NCBI RefSeq assembly: GCF_006345805.1
Contig: NC_043010.1
Location: 23,746,001-23,810,000, forward strand
Reading direction: 5' to 3'
Origin: Octopus sinensis
Lineage: Eukaryota
Length of the DNA stretch: 64,000 nucleotides
In this document: piece by piece, positions 40,060 to 52,554 of the stretch
How the letters are laid out: the number at the start of each line of letters is the position of its first letter
Position numbering within the stretch: position 1 is the first letter of the stretch
Notes under the pieces: model-generated
What the model saw: the letters and a program-made list of their open reading frames with translations, nothing else
Databases searched by the model: none
Told to the model about the DNA's origin: nothing
Made by a program: the position numbers and the translations under genes

Positions 40060-40447
40060 TACTCTTTACTCTTTTACTTGTTTCAGTCACCTGACTGCGG
40101 CCATGCTGGAGCACCGCCTTCAGTTGAGCAAATCGACCCCGGGACTTATTCTTTGTAAGCCCAGTACTTATTCTATTGGTCTCTTTTGCCGAACCGCTAA
40201 GTGACGGGGACGTAAACATACCAGCATCGGTTGTCAAGCAATGCTAGGGGGACAAACACAGACACACAAACATATACACACACACTTATATATATATACA
40301 TATATACGACAGGCTTCTTTCAGTTTCCGTCTACCAAATCCACTCACAAGGCATTGGTCGGCCCGGGGCTATAGCAGAAGACACTTGCCCAAGATGCCAC
40401 GCAGTGGGATTGAACCCGGAACTACGTGGTTGGTTAGCAAGCTACTT
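40060..40447 (-). mobile_element. SINE family 3 body; its head lies at 42748-42784
   Basis: The body resumes at AAGTAGCTTGCTAAC-CAACCACG; joining the two parts restores a normal family 3 SINE. Confidence 0.9.
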
Positions 40448-42747
40448 TATTTCATAACATTTGCCATAAAGGCAGTACATAGAGTAAGTTAGCTTTGCGG
40501 GCTGGACGAGGACATTAATGAAGTGAATGATAATGAAAGAAAGATGATGGGGATGGGAGAAGACAAAAAGCGCCCGCCGACTTCTGCTTCTCTAAAACAT
40601 TGTTCTTTTAAAAACAAACACAAAACGAGGTATTAAACATCTTACAATTTTTTCAATTTTTGGACTTAGCAGTCCATTGCTAACAACAACATAGTTCAAT
40701 AATTACATATTTAAATACAATACACAAAGCCCCTCCTCCCAGACCTGGCTTACACTTCCCTTAGGAATGCGCCAGCTCTAGGTCGGGGCCCCTCAAGTCG
40801 TATCACTATTTGACTCGTCCTCGAAATAACTTGTGCCCGCGCCCTCCACCATCCACCACGCCTCCCTCAGAACGTAATCGAGTTCCGAGTTAGCGTCGCC
40901 CGGGACCAAGCTATAATCCTCATTGAGCTCCTTCAGCCCGAGCGTCACGTCGAACGCCACGGCCTCCACAGCTACCTGCGGAGGCCATTCGGGTCCTGTG
41001 TGAAGGCTAAAGGTGCTCCCTTGTGGTGCTTTTCCATCACCTTTTCAATCTCTCCGCCTCTATAGAAGAGGATCAATACATTCAATTCTTTCGTTGGCGG
41101 CACAGTTCCCGCCAACGGTATTTCTTCTCCTGTCGGTGGCACAACACCAACCGACGTAGTTCCGGGACATTCCGGTGCTATGTCACCGACAGCCGGTAAT
41201 GTCCCGTTTCTCTTCCTCTTTTTCTTTTTTTCTTTTCAACTGAGGGAGGGTGCGTCTCCTCCGTGGCCGGAAGATTCGCCTTTCCCTCCTCGTCCCTAGT
41301 ATCCTTTGGTGAGCACCCATTGTTGCTAACCTTCCTCTTTCGGCCTCTGTTTGAGGAGTCCTCTGCTTCCTCGGCCGTTATCATTCCCTCTTCTACAGGG
41401 GTTTCACTTAACTGTTCCGGGTCCTATTTTGTTCCCGGGCACAGTTCTTCTTTATATGGCCGGACTCCAAGCACCGATGACACTTAGGGGAGCGACCCTC
41501 AAGCATCACCAGGTACCTGCACCCGGCCATTTTCAAAAAATCTGGAAGAACCAGATTGGCTGATTGGGTCCAAAGGGTCAAAATTGCTTTTGACCCAACC
41601 CAAGCAGCCGCACGAAGAAATTTTACATTAAGGAGCTTAGTTTCGCTGCTACCCAGACCCCGGCGGATAGTCTCCTCTATCCACTCGGGTTCTATCCCGG
41701 GTGGCAGCCCGCAAATCCAAGCTTTCGTCAGTCTCTTTTTTTGGTACGTGGGCAGGAATAAAATTTCCTTACCCTCCAGGGGTTTGCTAGCAAATTTGCA
41801 AGCCTCTTCAGGGGTGTCAAATAGCAACCACACCGTTGCATATCTAACACCCCTGGAAATGAATTTAATTGTTGGCAAATACTCTGCCAACCCCTTTTCA
41901 ATTGCTGTCTTTTCGAATATAGCGATGGTGTCGAGTGCCTTGGAGTAGGTTCTCAACACCACCGTCCTATCTTCACGGTCTTTTAACCACTTTTTAGGCG
42001 GTATGATCTCCCATTCCAAAATTTTGTCATTTTTCATTGCCATGTTTTTTTTTGTTTTTTTTTTTAAATATATTCAATTTAAACTTAAAAAGCGAGAAGA
42101 AAAAAGTTCAAAAGTCCAAATAAAATTTGATAGATTTTTGAAAAAACAAAAAGGAGAAAGCACAACAGAAGGGAAGAAATTAACGGAAAGTCGCAATAAA
42201 CAAAAAAAAAAAAAAGGGGCAGTTAAATGAAGTTCAAAAGAAAGTTAATAAACAGAAAAAACACAGCAAAAATTTTCTGGCCTTACGGTACTCCCGGCCT
42301 GAATTGAACCTGGAACGCCGCAACTGTAACACAACCTCCACAAAAATGGGTCCGAAAGGTAATCCAAAAGTGGCTTATTTTTATAATTTTCTTGCGAAGT
42401 ACTCTGACAAGGGAATAAATTCAACAGACCCAAACACAGCACTGGCTACCGCCAACGGTAGTTTTAACAGTAACTATATTGGGTTCCGAGGATACGCCCC
42501 TCCACTGTATTTTTTTCAATAAACACAAAAACGGCAGCCGCCGAGAGCAGGCGAAATTGTCTCAGAGTTGGACACAACTTACTGAAATAATAATTGGCAC
42601 GCAATAAATTATGCCCAACTCACAATAAACAAAATCACTCACCTCCACAACTTTCCGTTTTTGGTCTTTTTTCTGTAATTGGACGGAGCTGGTTGACTCA
42701 CGGCCACTCTGGCTCAACAGGAAGCAACTGACTAACTGCGCACGTGT
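40448..42747 (-). mobile_element. ORF1-only (HAL1-like) non-autonomous non-LTR retroelement, 2.3 kb
   Basis: Perfect 15-bp TSD GTTAGCAAGCTACTT at 40433-40447 and 42748-42762; a single L1/Tx1-type ORF1; ~345-nt 3' UTR ending in a hairpin; no endonuclease or RT. Confidence 0.8.
40793..42043 (-). pseudogene. L1/Tx1-type ORF1 (RRM-like region plus CCHC zinc knuckle), frameshifted
   Basis: 211-aa ORF ending EGRSPKCHRCLESGHIKKNC; continues across about 3 frameshifts through an acidic/Pro-rich linker to ...AWWMVEGAGTSYFEDESNSDTT*. Confidence 0.8.
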
Positions 42748-42794
42748 GTTAGCAAGCTACTTAGCACACAGCCACTCCTGCGCCTATGTATATA

Positions 42795-43160
42795 TTCTTT
42801 TATTCTTTTACTTGTTTCAGATTGCGGCCATGCTGGAGCACCGCCTTTAGTCGAACAAATCGACCCTAGGACTTATTCTTTTGTAAGTCTAGCACTGATT
42901 CTATCTGTCTCTTTTGCCGAACCTCTAAGTTACGGAGACGTAAATACATCAACATCGTTTGCTAAGCGATGGCTGGAAGACAGACACAAATTCACAAACA
43001 AATACATATATATCGATGCGACGGGCTTCTTTTAGTTACCGTCTACCAAATCCACTCACTAGGCTTTGGTTAGCCAGAGGATATAGCAGAAGATACTTGC
43101 CCAAGGTGCCATGTAGTGGGAGTGAACCCGGAACCATGTGGTTGGGAAGCAAGTTTCCTA
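42795..43160 (-). mobile_element. SINE family 3
   Basis: Reverse complement of 10888-11288; tail hairpin partly deleted. Confidence 0.85.
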
Positions 43161-43164
43161 TCAC

Positions 43165-43195
<31 letters not shown>

Positions 43196-43464
43196 GTGGT
43201 GGAAATACCAAAGAAGTAAGTCAATTTAGGAAGGAATTAAGAAAAAATTCTTTAAAGAAAATATTTTCCAGTTTCGATGAATCTCCTCTGATCAACTATC
43301 AGTAAAATTTATAAAATTCAGAGTAAAAACAGTTTATCTTCTGTCTGGGGGGCCAAGAACCTATCTGGAGAGTTTTCGTTGAAGTCTTCTTTACAAATAA
43401 TCTGGTAAAGGGTTCAAAGTTTTAGAGTGTGAGAGAATGGATCTCTCTCTCTCTCTCTCTTTCC

Positions 43465-43512
<48 letters not shown>

Positions 43513-43522
43513 TTATATATAT

Positions 43523-43818
43523 AATCAAAAAGAAGCAACAAGGATACCCAAGAGGTAATACAGTACTATCGTTTCATGCCTCTCCAAGAGGCTAAGGTAA
43601 TGTTGGTAAAACATGTTCTTTGTCTATCTCCTTGGAGATTTGGGGTAAAATTATACTAGTATGTCCTTCAAATTTAACTAAATTCTATGTTTTTTTGTGC
43701 AGCTGAAGGTTGCTCTACATTATAAATTGATGTAATGATTGCATTGTTCAATTAAATGGAGTCGCATGAAACGATCGTACTGCATTACTTCTGGATATCC
43801 TTGTTGCTTATTTTGATT
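43523..43818. mobile_element. Inverted-repeat element (~62-bp arms) with degenerate hammerhead (family D)
   Basis: Arms at 43523-43586 and 43757-43818; TGCAG-CTGAAGG...GAAACGATCGTA-CTGCA. Confidence 0.55.
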
Positions 43819-44989
43819 TTAATAACCATATTTTAAATTGTATGGATAATACCATACTAAATTCTGGTGCCTCAACTTAAGTACCATATTCATTTAAATC
43901 TAAATTTTTATGTATATATATATAGTTGAAATTTATAGAAAACGAAAGACGAAGACTGGTGAAGGAACAATAAGCAGGTGTATTAGTTTAACGCCCGATT
44001 GGTTAGGCGCCACATAAATATGGCTGTTCAATATTACTGTTGCTTGAACCACAGGCAGATCTTCCACCAGCTGGTCTTGGTACAGCTTGCACACTGCATA
44101 TAATGCAAACAGGAGAGCGAATCCCTACTACCCTCCACAAGATGACAAGTGAACGAGACCGACTCGGTTTCAAACTAGTTTTGCTCATCCTCAGCTGTCA
44201 ACATTCGGTCGCCAGAGAGATGGCCAGAGTCCGATCCAACAAGCAATATGTAGAAAACAAAGCGACCGTCGGTCACTGATTTGCAACGAGCAAAGTAGTT
44301 GGTTCTAAAGTCTCAATAACAGATGGCAGTTGTAACTATACTAACAAGTTAATCGCCACATTAAAATGGCTGTTCTGTCTTACTACTATTTTAACCCTAA
44401 GCAGATCTTCCACCAGCAAGTTATAGGTGCAGCCTACACCTTGTATATATTGCAAGCAGAGGAGCGAACCCTTACCACCCTCGATGACAGGATCACGATT
44501 CACTTTATATATGTGCCTGAGTGCGTGTTCCAAACTTCACAGCTTCTTAGGCAGTAAAATTCATATATTACTCAACTTTCAAACATTATCTAACCATTGC
44601 TTTCTTCTCATGATATTATTATTATTTTTTATTTTTTTTTTTTACTTTCTGAGGTCACCGTGGTGCTTTTTCAAAGGTTTTTCTTTCCACAGATAAGCCT
44701 AGTCAATGTTATATTTACTCCCCTTTTTGGGAATTCTTATTGTTAAAAATGACACTTTTCTTATTTCCTTGTGTAGACGTTCCAAAATGTTTTCGATCCC
44801 TTTTTGATCGTTTTCGAAAAGAAAAGTTCTACATTGTATTATCATCTCTGTGTTCAACCCTGCGTGGCTAATAAAGAAATATATCTATCTACCTACCTAC
44901 CTACCTACCTACCTACCTACCTACCTACCTACCTACCTACATACCTACCTACCTACCTACCTACCTACCTACTTACCTATCTACCTACC

Positions 44990-45095
<106 letters not shown>

Positions 45096-45379
45096 CCTAT
45101 CTATTTATCTATATATCTTTCTATCTGTCTTTCTACCACACACACACACACATTTCTGTATATGTGTGCATATGTATGTAAGTATGCTAACTCTTTTGCG
45201 CGCGCGCGTGTGTGTGCAACATTTCAAAGCTTTTTCTCATACAGAAAAAATACTTTTTCCACTTTTTCACACATTTGTCTTTCAGTATACAATCATCATG
45301 ACCATCATCATCGTCATCTTCATCATGACCATCGCAACACAGTGATAGATGTGTTCTCTCCTCTGGTTGAGTCGTTGAT

Positions 45380-45427
45380 ATAATAACACTACCAATAGCA
45401 CCAGTTGCAGCAATAATAATAATGATG

Positions 45428-45484
<57 letters not shown>

Positions 45485-45561
45485 TGGATGATGATGACAA
45501 TAACAGCAACAGCAACAACAACAACAACACCAAAAACAACAACAACAACAACAACAACAAC

Positions 45562-45614
<53 letters not shown>

Positions 45615-45899
45615 TAATAATAATAATGGAAATGTGAAGAATTACGTTGAAAATGTCTGCGAGAACCGAAACGCATTTCAAGTGCATTTCAAACCATTCA
45701 TATGGAAAATATATTTTCACTTTAGTGATATACTTCTAAGGAGGCCTTCTGTTTGAAATGCCTTGATGTTTTGGGAGCGATTGGATGCTGTGAAATAATT
45801 GGCACCAACCACAACAACCGCACCAACAGCAGCCGGAGCTGTAACGGCTGCGGCGGCGGTGTTGGTTTCGTAAACAATACAAGCAGCAGCAACAGTAGC

Positions 45900-45949
<50 letters not shown>

Positions 45950-46044
45950 CAGCAGCAGTAGCAGCAGTGGTAGTAGTAGCATTAGTAGTAGTAGTAGTAG
46001 CAGTAGTAGCAGCAGCAACAGCAGTAGTAGCATTAGTAGTAGTT

Positions 46045-46094
<50 letters not shown>

Positions 46095-46143
46095 TGTAGT
46101 AGTAGTAGGAGTAGTAGTAGTAGTAGTAGTAGTTGTTGTTGTT

Positions 46144-46184
<41 letters not shown>

Positions 46185-47224
46185 TGTTGTAGTAGTAGTA
46201 GTAGCAGCAGCAGTAGCGGGGGAGGTGAGGGCGGTGGTGTCATTAGGGGCAGAAGCAGAAGCAACCATAGCAACCTCTGTAGAAATAGCAGCAAACGCAG
46301 CAGCAGCATCAGTAGTACAAATGACGTCATCAGCAACAGGAGTGGAAAAAACTGCAGCACCATCACTATTAACCGTAGCAGCAACAACAGCAGCAGCGGA
46401 GGTAATGTGAGAGGCGGCGCCATCAGCAGCAGCAGAAAGAGCCACACCCGCAGCAATAGCTGCTGTGCCCATAGTGACAAGAGGAGTAGCGGTCATAGGG
46501 GCGACGTCTCAGCAACATCTAATGTAACAGTTGCAACAACAGCAACAGCAGCAATGGTTGTAACACAGATGGCGTCCTTAGCAACGGATGCGTCAACAAC
46601 GACAGCAGCAGCAGCGGTGATGGTAGCACAGGTAAGATCCTTAGCTACAGAAGCGGAAACAACAGAAGCAGCAACGACAACAGTAGCAGCGGCGGAAGTC
46701 ACATGGGTGGCGTCCTTAGCAACTGGAGTAGCAACGACAACGGTAGCAGCGGCGGAAGTCACATGGGTGGCGTCCTTAGCAACTGAAGTAACAACGACAA
46801 CGGTAGCAGCGGCGGAAGTAACATGGGTGACGTCCTTAGCAACTGGAGTAGCAACGACAACGGTAGCAGCGGTGGAAGTCACATGGGTGGCGTCCTTAGC
46901 AACTGGAGTAGCAACGACAACGGTAGCAGCAAGGGAAGTCACATGGGTGGTGTCCTTAGCAACTGAAGTAGCAATGACAACAGCAGCAGTGGCGGAAGTC
47001 ACATGGGTGGCGTCCTTAGCAACTGAAGCAGCTTCAGTCACAACAGCAAGTGTGAGGTCCGCAGCAACAGAAGCAACACCTATTGCAGCGAGCGCCGCAG
47101 TACAAATAGCAACAGCGGTGGCACAGCGGCAATACCAGGCGTTGCAGCAGCGGTAATAACAGGGGAAGTCTCTCTCAGCAGCAATGGAAGCTGCAACAAC
47201 TGCAGCAATGGCGGTAAGAGTAGT

Positions 47225-47257
<33 letters not shown>

Positions 47258-47620
47258 AGCAGCGTTAGTATAGGTACTGTCAACAACAGAAGCAGCAGCG
47301 GCAGCAAAAGTTTGGCAAATACAGCAGCAGCAGTGATTGAATCGACGTCACTCACAACAGAAGCCGCAGCAACAGCAGCGGTAAGAATCAGAACAACAAC
47401 AGCAATAACAGTACTAACAGCAGCAGCAAGAGAAACAGCAGCAGGGTGAATAAAGAGACAGCGACATGGGGAACAAAAGCTACAGCAACAGCAGCACTGA
47501 GAGCAGAAGGTGAGGCCGTAGAAACATTAAGAGAGGCAGCAACGGATGCAGTAACAACAGGCAGCAACAGCACCAACAACACCAGCACCAGCAACAGGAG
47601 AAGCAACAACCGCAGCAGTG
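45380..47620. repeat. Trinucleotide low-complexity region ((TAA)n, (CAA)n, (TAG)n, (CAG)n)
   Basis: Direct inspection. Confidence 0.9.
46671..47030. repeat. 60-bp minisatellite, 6 units
   Basis: GCAACGACAACGGTAGCAGCGGCGGAAGTCACATGGGTGGCGTCCTTAGCAACTGGAGTA repeated at exact 60-bp spacing. Confidence 0.95.
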
Positions 47621-47810
47621 TAGTCGCAATGGCCCAGTGTTTAGGGCAGCAGACACGCGGTCGTAAGAACGCGGTTCCGATTCCCAGACCGGGCATTGTG
47701 AGTGTTTATTGAGCAAAAACACCTAAGCTCCACGAGGCTCCGGCGGGGGTAGGGTGAACCCCGCTGTATTCTTTCACCACAACTTTCTCTCACTCTTTCT
47801 TCCTACTTCT
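47612..47810 (+). mobile_element. tRNA-derived SINE head and core (family 1/4 type)
   Basis: TGGCCCAGTGTTTAGGGC...GGTTCCGATTCCC; ACACCTAAGCTCCACGAGGCTCCGGC core. Confidence 0.75.
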
Positions 47811-48084
47811 GTCACAAAGCAGAGGAACCATGGCGTAACCCACTATGGTGTGGTAAATTTTCAGACCCTAGTCTAGATTGCGAATCCTCTGTACCCCAGG
47901 ATGGTTCAGCTCTCCACCCGTTCAAAGCCACCGTTTACGGAATGAGGATAACAACGTAGCTTTCGCGCCCGTGCAAACCGCCTGTCTATCGCGTGTGGTG
48001 GGTGGATCAAGTTGCCACACACATTCTTAGTAACTTAGAGTAGGCTCATATTAGAGATTATTCTTTGGGGCTAATGGCGCGAGT

Positions 48085-48091
48085 TCCGATT

Positions 48092-48123
<32 letters not shown>

Positions 48124-48179
48124 AAGAAGAGAAGAAGAAGAAGAAGAAGAAGAAGAAGAAGAAGAAGAAGAAGAAGAAG

Positions 48180-48223
<44 letters not shown>

Positions 48224-48225
48224 GA
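48085..48225. repeat. (GAA)n-(CAA)n compound microsatellite
   Basis: Direct inspection. Confidence 0.97.
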
Positions 48226-48751
48226 CAACCACAGCAACAGCAACAGTAGTCCGAGCAATCGTGGCATCAGCATCAGCATCGGCAGCAGTAACAGCAGCAG
48301 CAGCAGCGGCAGCATCAGCAACAACGGTAGTTGCAGCAGCTTTTGCGTAAACCAACATTTTTTTGGTAAACCAAACAACTGAAGTTAACTTAATCACGAT
48401 TCCTCCAGTCTTTGAAGAGAAAGGATTCAGGCCATTCAAACACAGATCAGAATGCAACAATGAAAACTTGTCTTAGTGACCTCGGAAAGATGAAAGACGG
48501 AATGGAGGGCGACAGGAGATGCACGGAGAAAACATGAAGGTAAAAACATGAAGAGAAGAGAAATGCTCGCAGGCATGAGAGACTGGCGTTCAAACGTCTC
48601 AATTTAACCACTATCTAACCACTACCGTTGATATCCACATCAAATACACACACACAAACACACACACACATAAACACACACACACACACATACATACATA
48701 CATACATACATACATACATACATACATACATACAAGGATATATACATTATG

Positions 48752-49065
48752 TACAGGGTACGTAAGGTATTTGAGGACATTCCTTTTTGGTGTCATTGCA
48801 GCATTTTTTTTGCTAACTCTGTATAATCTTTTGATTCAGAAAATAATAATGGCAGACCCTCAACTTACTCCAGAAGTGAAGAGGTTTGCTGTTATTGTGG
48901 TTATAAAGGCTGAGCATAGCGATTTTAAAATATCTTGATTTTTAAAAGTTGCTGAATCTTTCGTCTGCAAAGTTTGTAAGGAGCTAGACACTGAAGATGG
49001 AAATGTTTCACCAGTATCAAAGCATAAAAAAACATTCTAAATGCTCTGAAATCATCAGAAATATT
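48752..49065 (+). mobile_element. Tc1/mariner-superfamily 5' fragment
   Basis: TACAGGGT terminus; ATG at 48849 gives MADPQLTPEVKRFAVIVVIKAEHSDFKIS*FLKVAESFVCKV..., an HTH-like transposase N-terminus (family recalled, not verified). Confidence 0.55.
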
Positions 49066-49079
49066 AATACACACACACA

Positions 49080-49154
<75 letters not shown>

Positions 49155-49467
49155 ACATACGTACACACACACGTACACACACGCGCACACACACACACAT
49201 ACACACACATACACTCACACACACACACATATATATATGGAAAAAGTCAAGGTAGAAAATGTATAAATAATTTTATTAAAACATCTCAGTTCCGATTTTG
49301 GTAATGGGGACAGTCAACTGTAAGTATGGAAAAAATTAAATTTGGGAAAAATCAAGTGAAAAGTATTTTAAAAGAATGTTTGCAAAGTGTTCAAATGCAA
49401 GGGGCATTTTCCTTGTTTCTGCCTGTCTCTGTCTCTGAAGTCGTTGTGAATTCTTGGCAGAGAAGAA

Positions 49468-49501
<34 letters not shown>

Positions 49502-49504
<3 letters not shown>

Positions 49505-52500
49505 TGCATGCTGCCGTTTTGCACATCAAAGACCCTGCCACATAAACATGAAACAGGTCAGAAACCAACTACCAAAAGGAAAAGGAATGGACCACGCACC
49601 ACCTGCCCCAAAACGGATGTTCGCAGATGTGGTGCGTGCTACAAACCGCCATGTTATTGAAAGGGTAGCTGCTGAACAAGAATCTTTTTTGTGCATGGCA
49701 CAAAAGATTGTACAGCAGCTAACCTGGCTCCATCAAACTCAAACTCGCAGATGAGACTATCCACAATACACAAGACCGCCACACCAAATAGACCCAAGGC
49801 GGACACCGCCGGCAACAGCATACACATCACCTCGATGCTTCTACTGAACATCAGAGGACTGCTAACACTCAGTAACAGGACAAAAATCCCGTTCTTGAGC
49901 GACTGTGTTGCATGCAATCAAGCCTTATGCATAGCACTTACGGAAACACACCTGAAACCGGACATAGCAGATGCGGAAATGCACATACCACAGTATGTTG
50001 TACTACGGACCGACAGAAAAGAAAGGAGTCATGGAGGAGTTGCTATGTACATCCGTGAGGACCGCACTCCCCAGGTCCTTTTGTCATACTCGAATTCGGT
50101 GTGTGACACACTAATTGTACATATAAGGCAACTTGGTGTAGTTATATGTGTTACATATCGCCCTCCAGATGCCCCAAGCCATGTAGGCAAGTTTGAAGAC
50201 TGCCTTATAAAAATAAAAGAAGTTCTAGTCACATTAGAACAACACATAAGTGTACTTCTTATGGGTGACTTCAATCTACCCAATGTCAGATGGCCCGAGG
50301 GCCTTTCTCTCCCAGGAATGACACGATGCGAACTGGCCTGAATGTCTCTCCTCGCCAGACATCAACATGAAACTTCAACAATTCATGTCTGCAATGCAAG
50401 CCATATGCTACAAATGTGTCCCAGAGAGAAAGGCCACTGTACACAAGAGCAAAATCCCCAGAGAGAGGAAAATTCTAATGAGACGGACTACAAAAGTTTC
50501 AAATCGCCTAAACAAACAAATTGAAAGCAGTGAAAAGTCCCGCCTGAAAATAAAACTGTTGCAAATTGAAAAATGTCTGCAACTCTCCCATGAAAAAGAA
50601 AGAGCAGACAAAGAAGCCTGGGCTTTAGACAACATAAAATCTAACCCCAGAGCTTTTTACAGGTATGCCAAAGAAACAGCTACGGTGCCACTCCTTGAAA
50701 AGGATGGCACACTCACAGGAAATCCAATGAGGGTAGGTGAAATACTAAATGAGCAATTCAAGAGTATTTTCACTCCACCCCTAGGGCATTTTCAAGTCAG
50801 CAATCCAACTGACTTCTTTACCACTGCAGATATAAAATCAGCGGCAGCGATGATTGATTACATCAATATAAAGGAAGACGATGTAATAAAGGCTATTGAT
50901 GAAATGAAAACAAACTCAGCTACTGGCCCCGATGGATTACCAGCAATCCTTCTAAAAGTATGTAAGAGAGTCCTAGCAAGACCACTGCAGATCCTCTTTC
51001 AGAGCTTTCTTGCAACTGGCAAACTTCCAAGAAAACTGAAAGAAGGTAAAATATACCCTATTCATAAAGGAGGTAGCAGAGCGGAGGCCAAGAACTACAG
51101 ACCTATCTCTCTAACCTCACACATCAGCAAGGTCATGGAACGAATAGTCAGAAAGAAAATAATCACCTTCCTTGAAGAAAATGACTTGCTGCCTGACACC
51201 CAAATTGGTTTCCGACCGGAAAAACTGCTTAACTCAGCTCCTACAACACTATGATTGGGCGCTGAAACGACTGCTCAACCACTCAAATGTGGAAGTCATA
51301 TATCTCGACATTGCAAAGTCGATCATAGAATGATATGTCACAAACTGCGTGATCTTGGCATAGTTTGAAAATTAGGAGAATGGCTTCATGACTTTCTGAA
51401 GGATAGAAGTCAGGTGGTAGTAGCCAATTAACACTTCCATTAACACGCAAATAGTGAGCGGTGTTCAAGAAGGCACTGTTTTGGGACCACTACTGTTCAT
51501 AATGGCCCTCTCAGACATGCCCTCAGCCACGCAGAGAGCCACGATCACAAGTTATGCAGATGATACAAAAGTTTCATAGGCAATACAGAACCCTGAAGAC
51601 ACTAAGCACCTGCAATGTGAGCTGGACAAAATATACAAGTGGGCTGAAAAGAATAGCATGCAGTTCAATGCTGAAAAGTTTCAAGCTTTATGCTATCAGC
51701 ATGCAAAACTAAATGCAATACCCAATGAATACACTGGACCTGGAGGGATTGCAATCCCAGAGGCACAATCAGTGCTAGACCTGGGTATTTACATGGGTGA
51801 TGATGCAACTTTTCATGTGCATGTTGCTAAATTGGCAATGAAATGTAGGCGGCTGATCGGATGGATTCTTAGAACCTTTAGAACAAGAGACCAGGAAACG
51901 ATGATGGTCCTCTGGAGGACACTTGTCTTAAGCCACTTTGACTATTGCTCTCAGCTATGGTCACCATCCAGTGTCAAGTTAATCACAGAACTTGAGGCGA
52001 TCCAACGAAGCTACACGAAGAAGATAGCCTCTGTGCAGCATATAAGCTATTGGGAAAGACTCAAGAGATTGAGACTCTATTCCTTAGAGCGTAGGCGAGA
52101 AAGGTATGCCATAATATACATCTGGAAGATCCTAGAAGGACTTGTCTCAAACTTTGGCATCGAGAGTTACACAAATGTCGGAACTGGGCGCCAATGCATT
52201 GTGCTAAGGACACCAAATTTGCCATCAAGATGTAGGACAAGATACTGTGATAGCCTGGGCTTCCGAGGCCCACAGCTCTTCAATATCATCCCGAAGAAAC
52301 TAAGAGACCTGCATGGGGTGGATGTAGATGTCTTTAAAATAAAACTGGATCTCTTCTTGTCAGGTGTCCCAGATGAACCAACTTCACGGCAGGAGGTGCA
52401 GATGAGGACAGCTGCATCGAACTCTCTCATGCACCAAATGGCAATTGCTAAAAAGCATTCGTGAAGTAAAATCATGTAGCAACACCAAATGGCGGTGCCC

Positions 52501-52552
52501 CAGCATGGCCACAGCTTGTGAGCTGAAACTAGATAAAAATAAAAATAAAAAA
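49502..52552 (+). mobile_element. CR1/L2-group LINE (ORF1 end plus APE-RT ORF2), internally deleted and frameshifted
   Basis: APE motifs LNIRGL, LTETHL, GGVAMY, YRPP, MGDFNLP; RT motifs NYRPISLTS, GTVLGPLLF, YADDT; C-terminal YSLERRRERY; (TAAAAA)n tail. Confidence 0.92.
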
Positions 52553-52554
52553 TA

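Noticed and set aside
40433-40447. Idea that the ORF1-only element specifically targets tRNA-like sequence
   Set aside because: Only one insertion site is known, and SINEs with the same tail hairpin inserted at unrelated sequences (9473, 12921).
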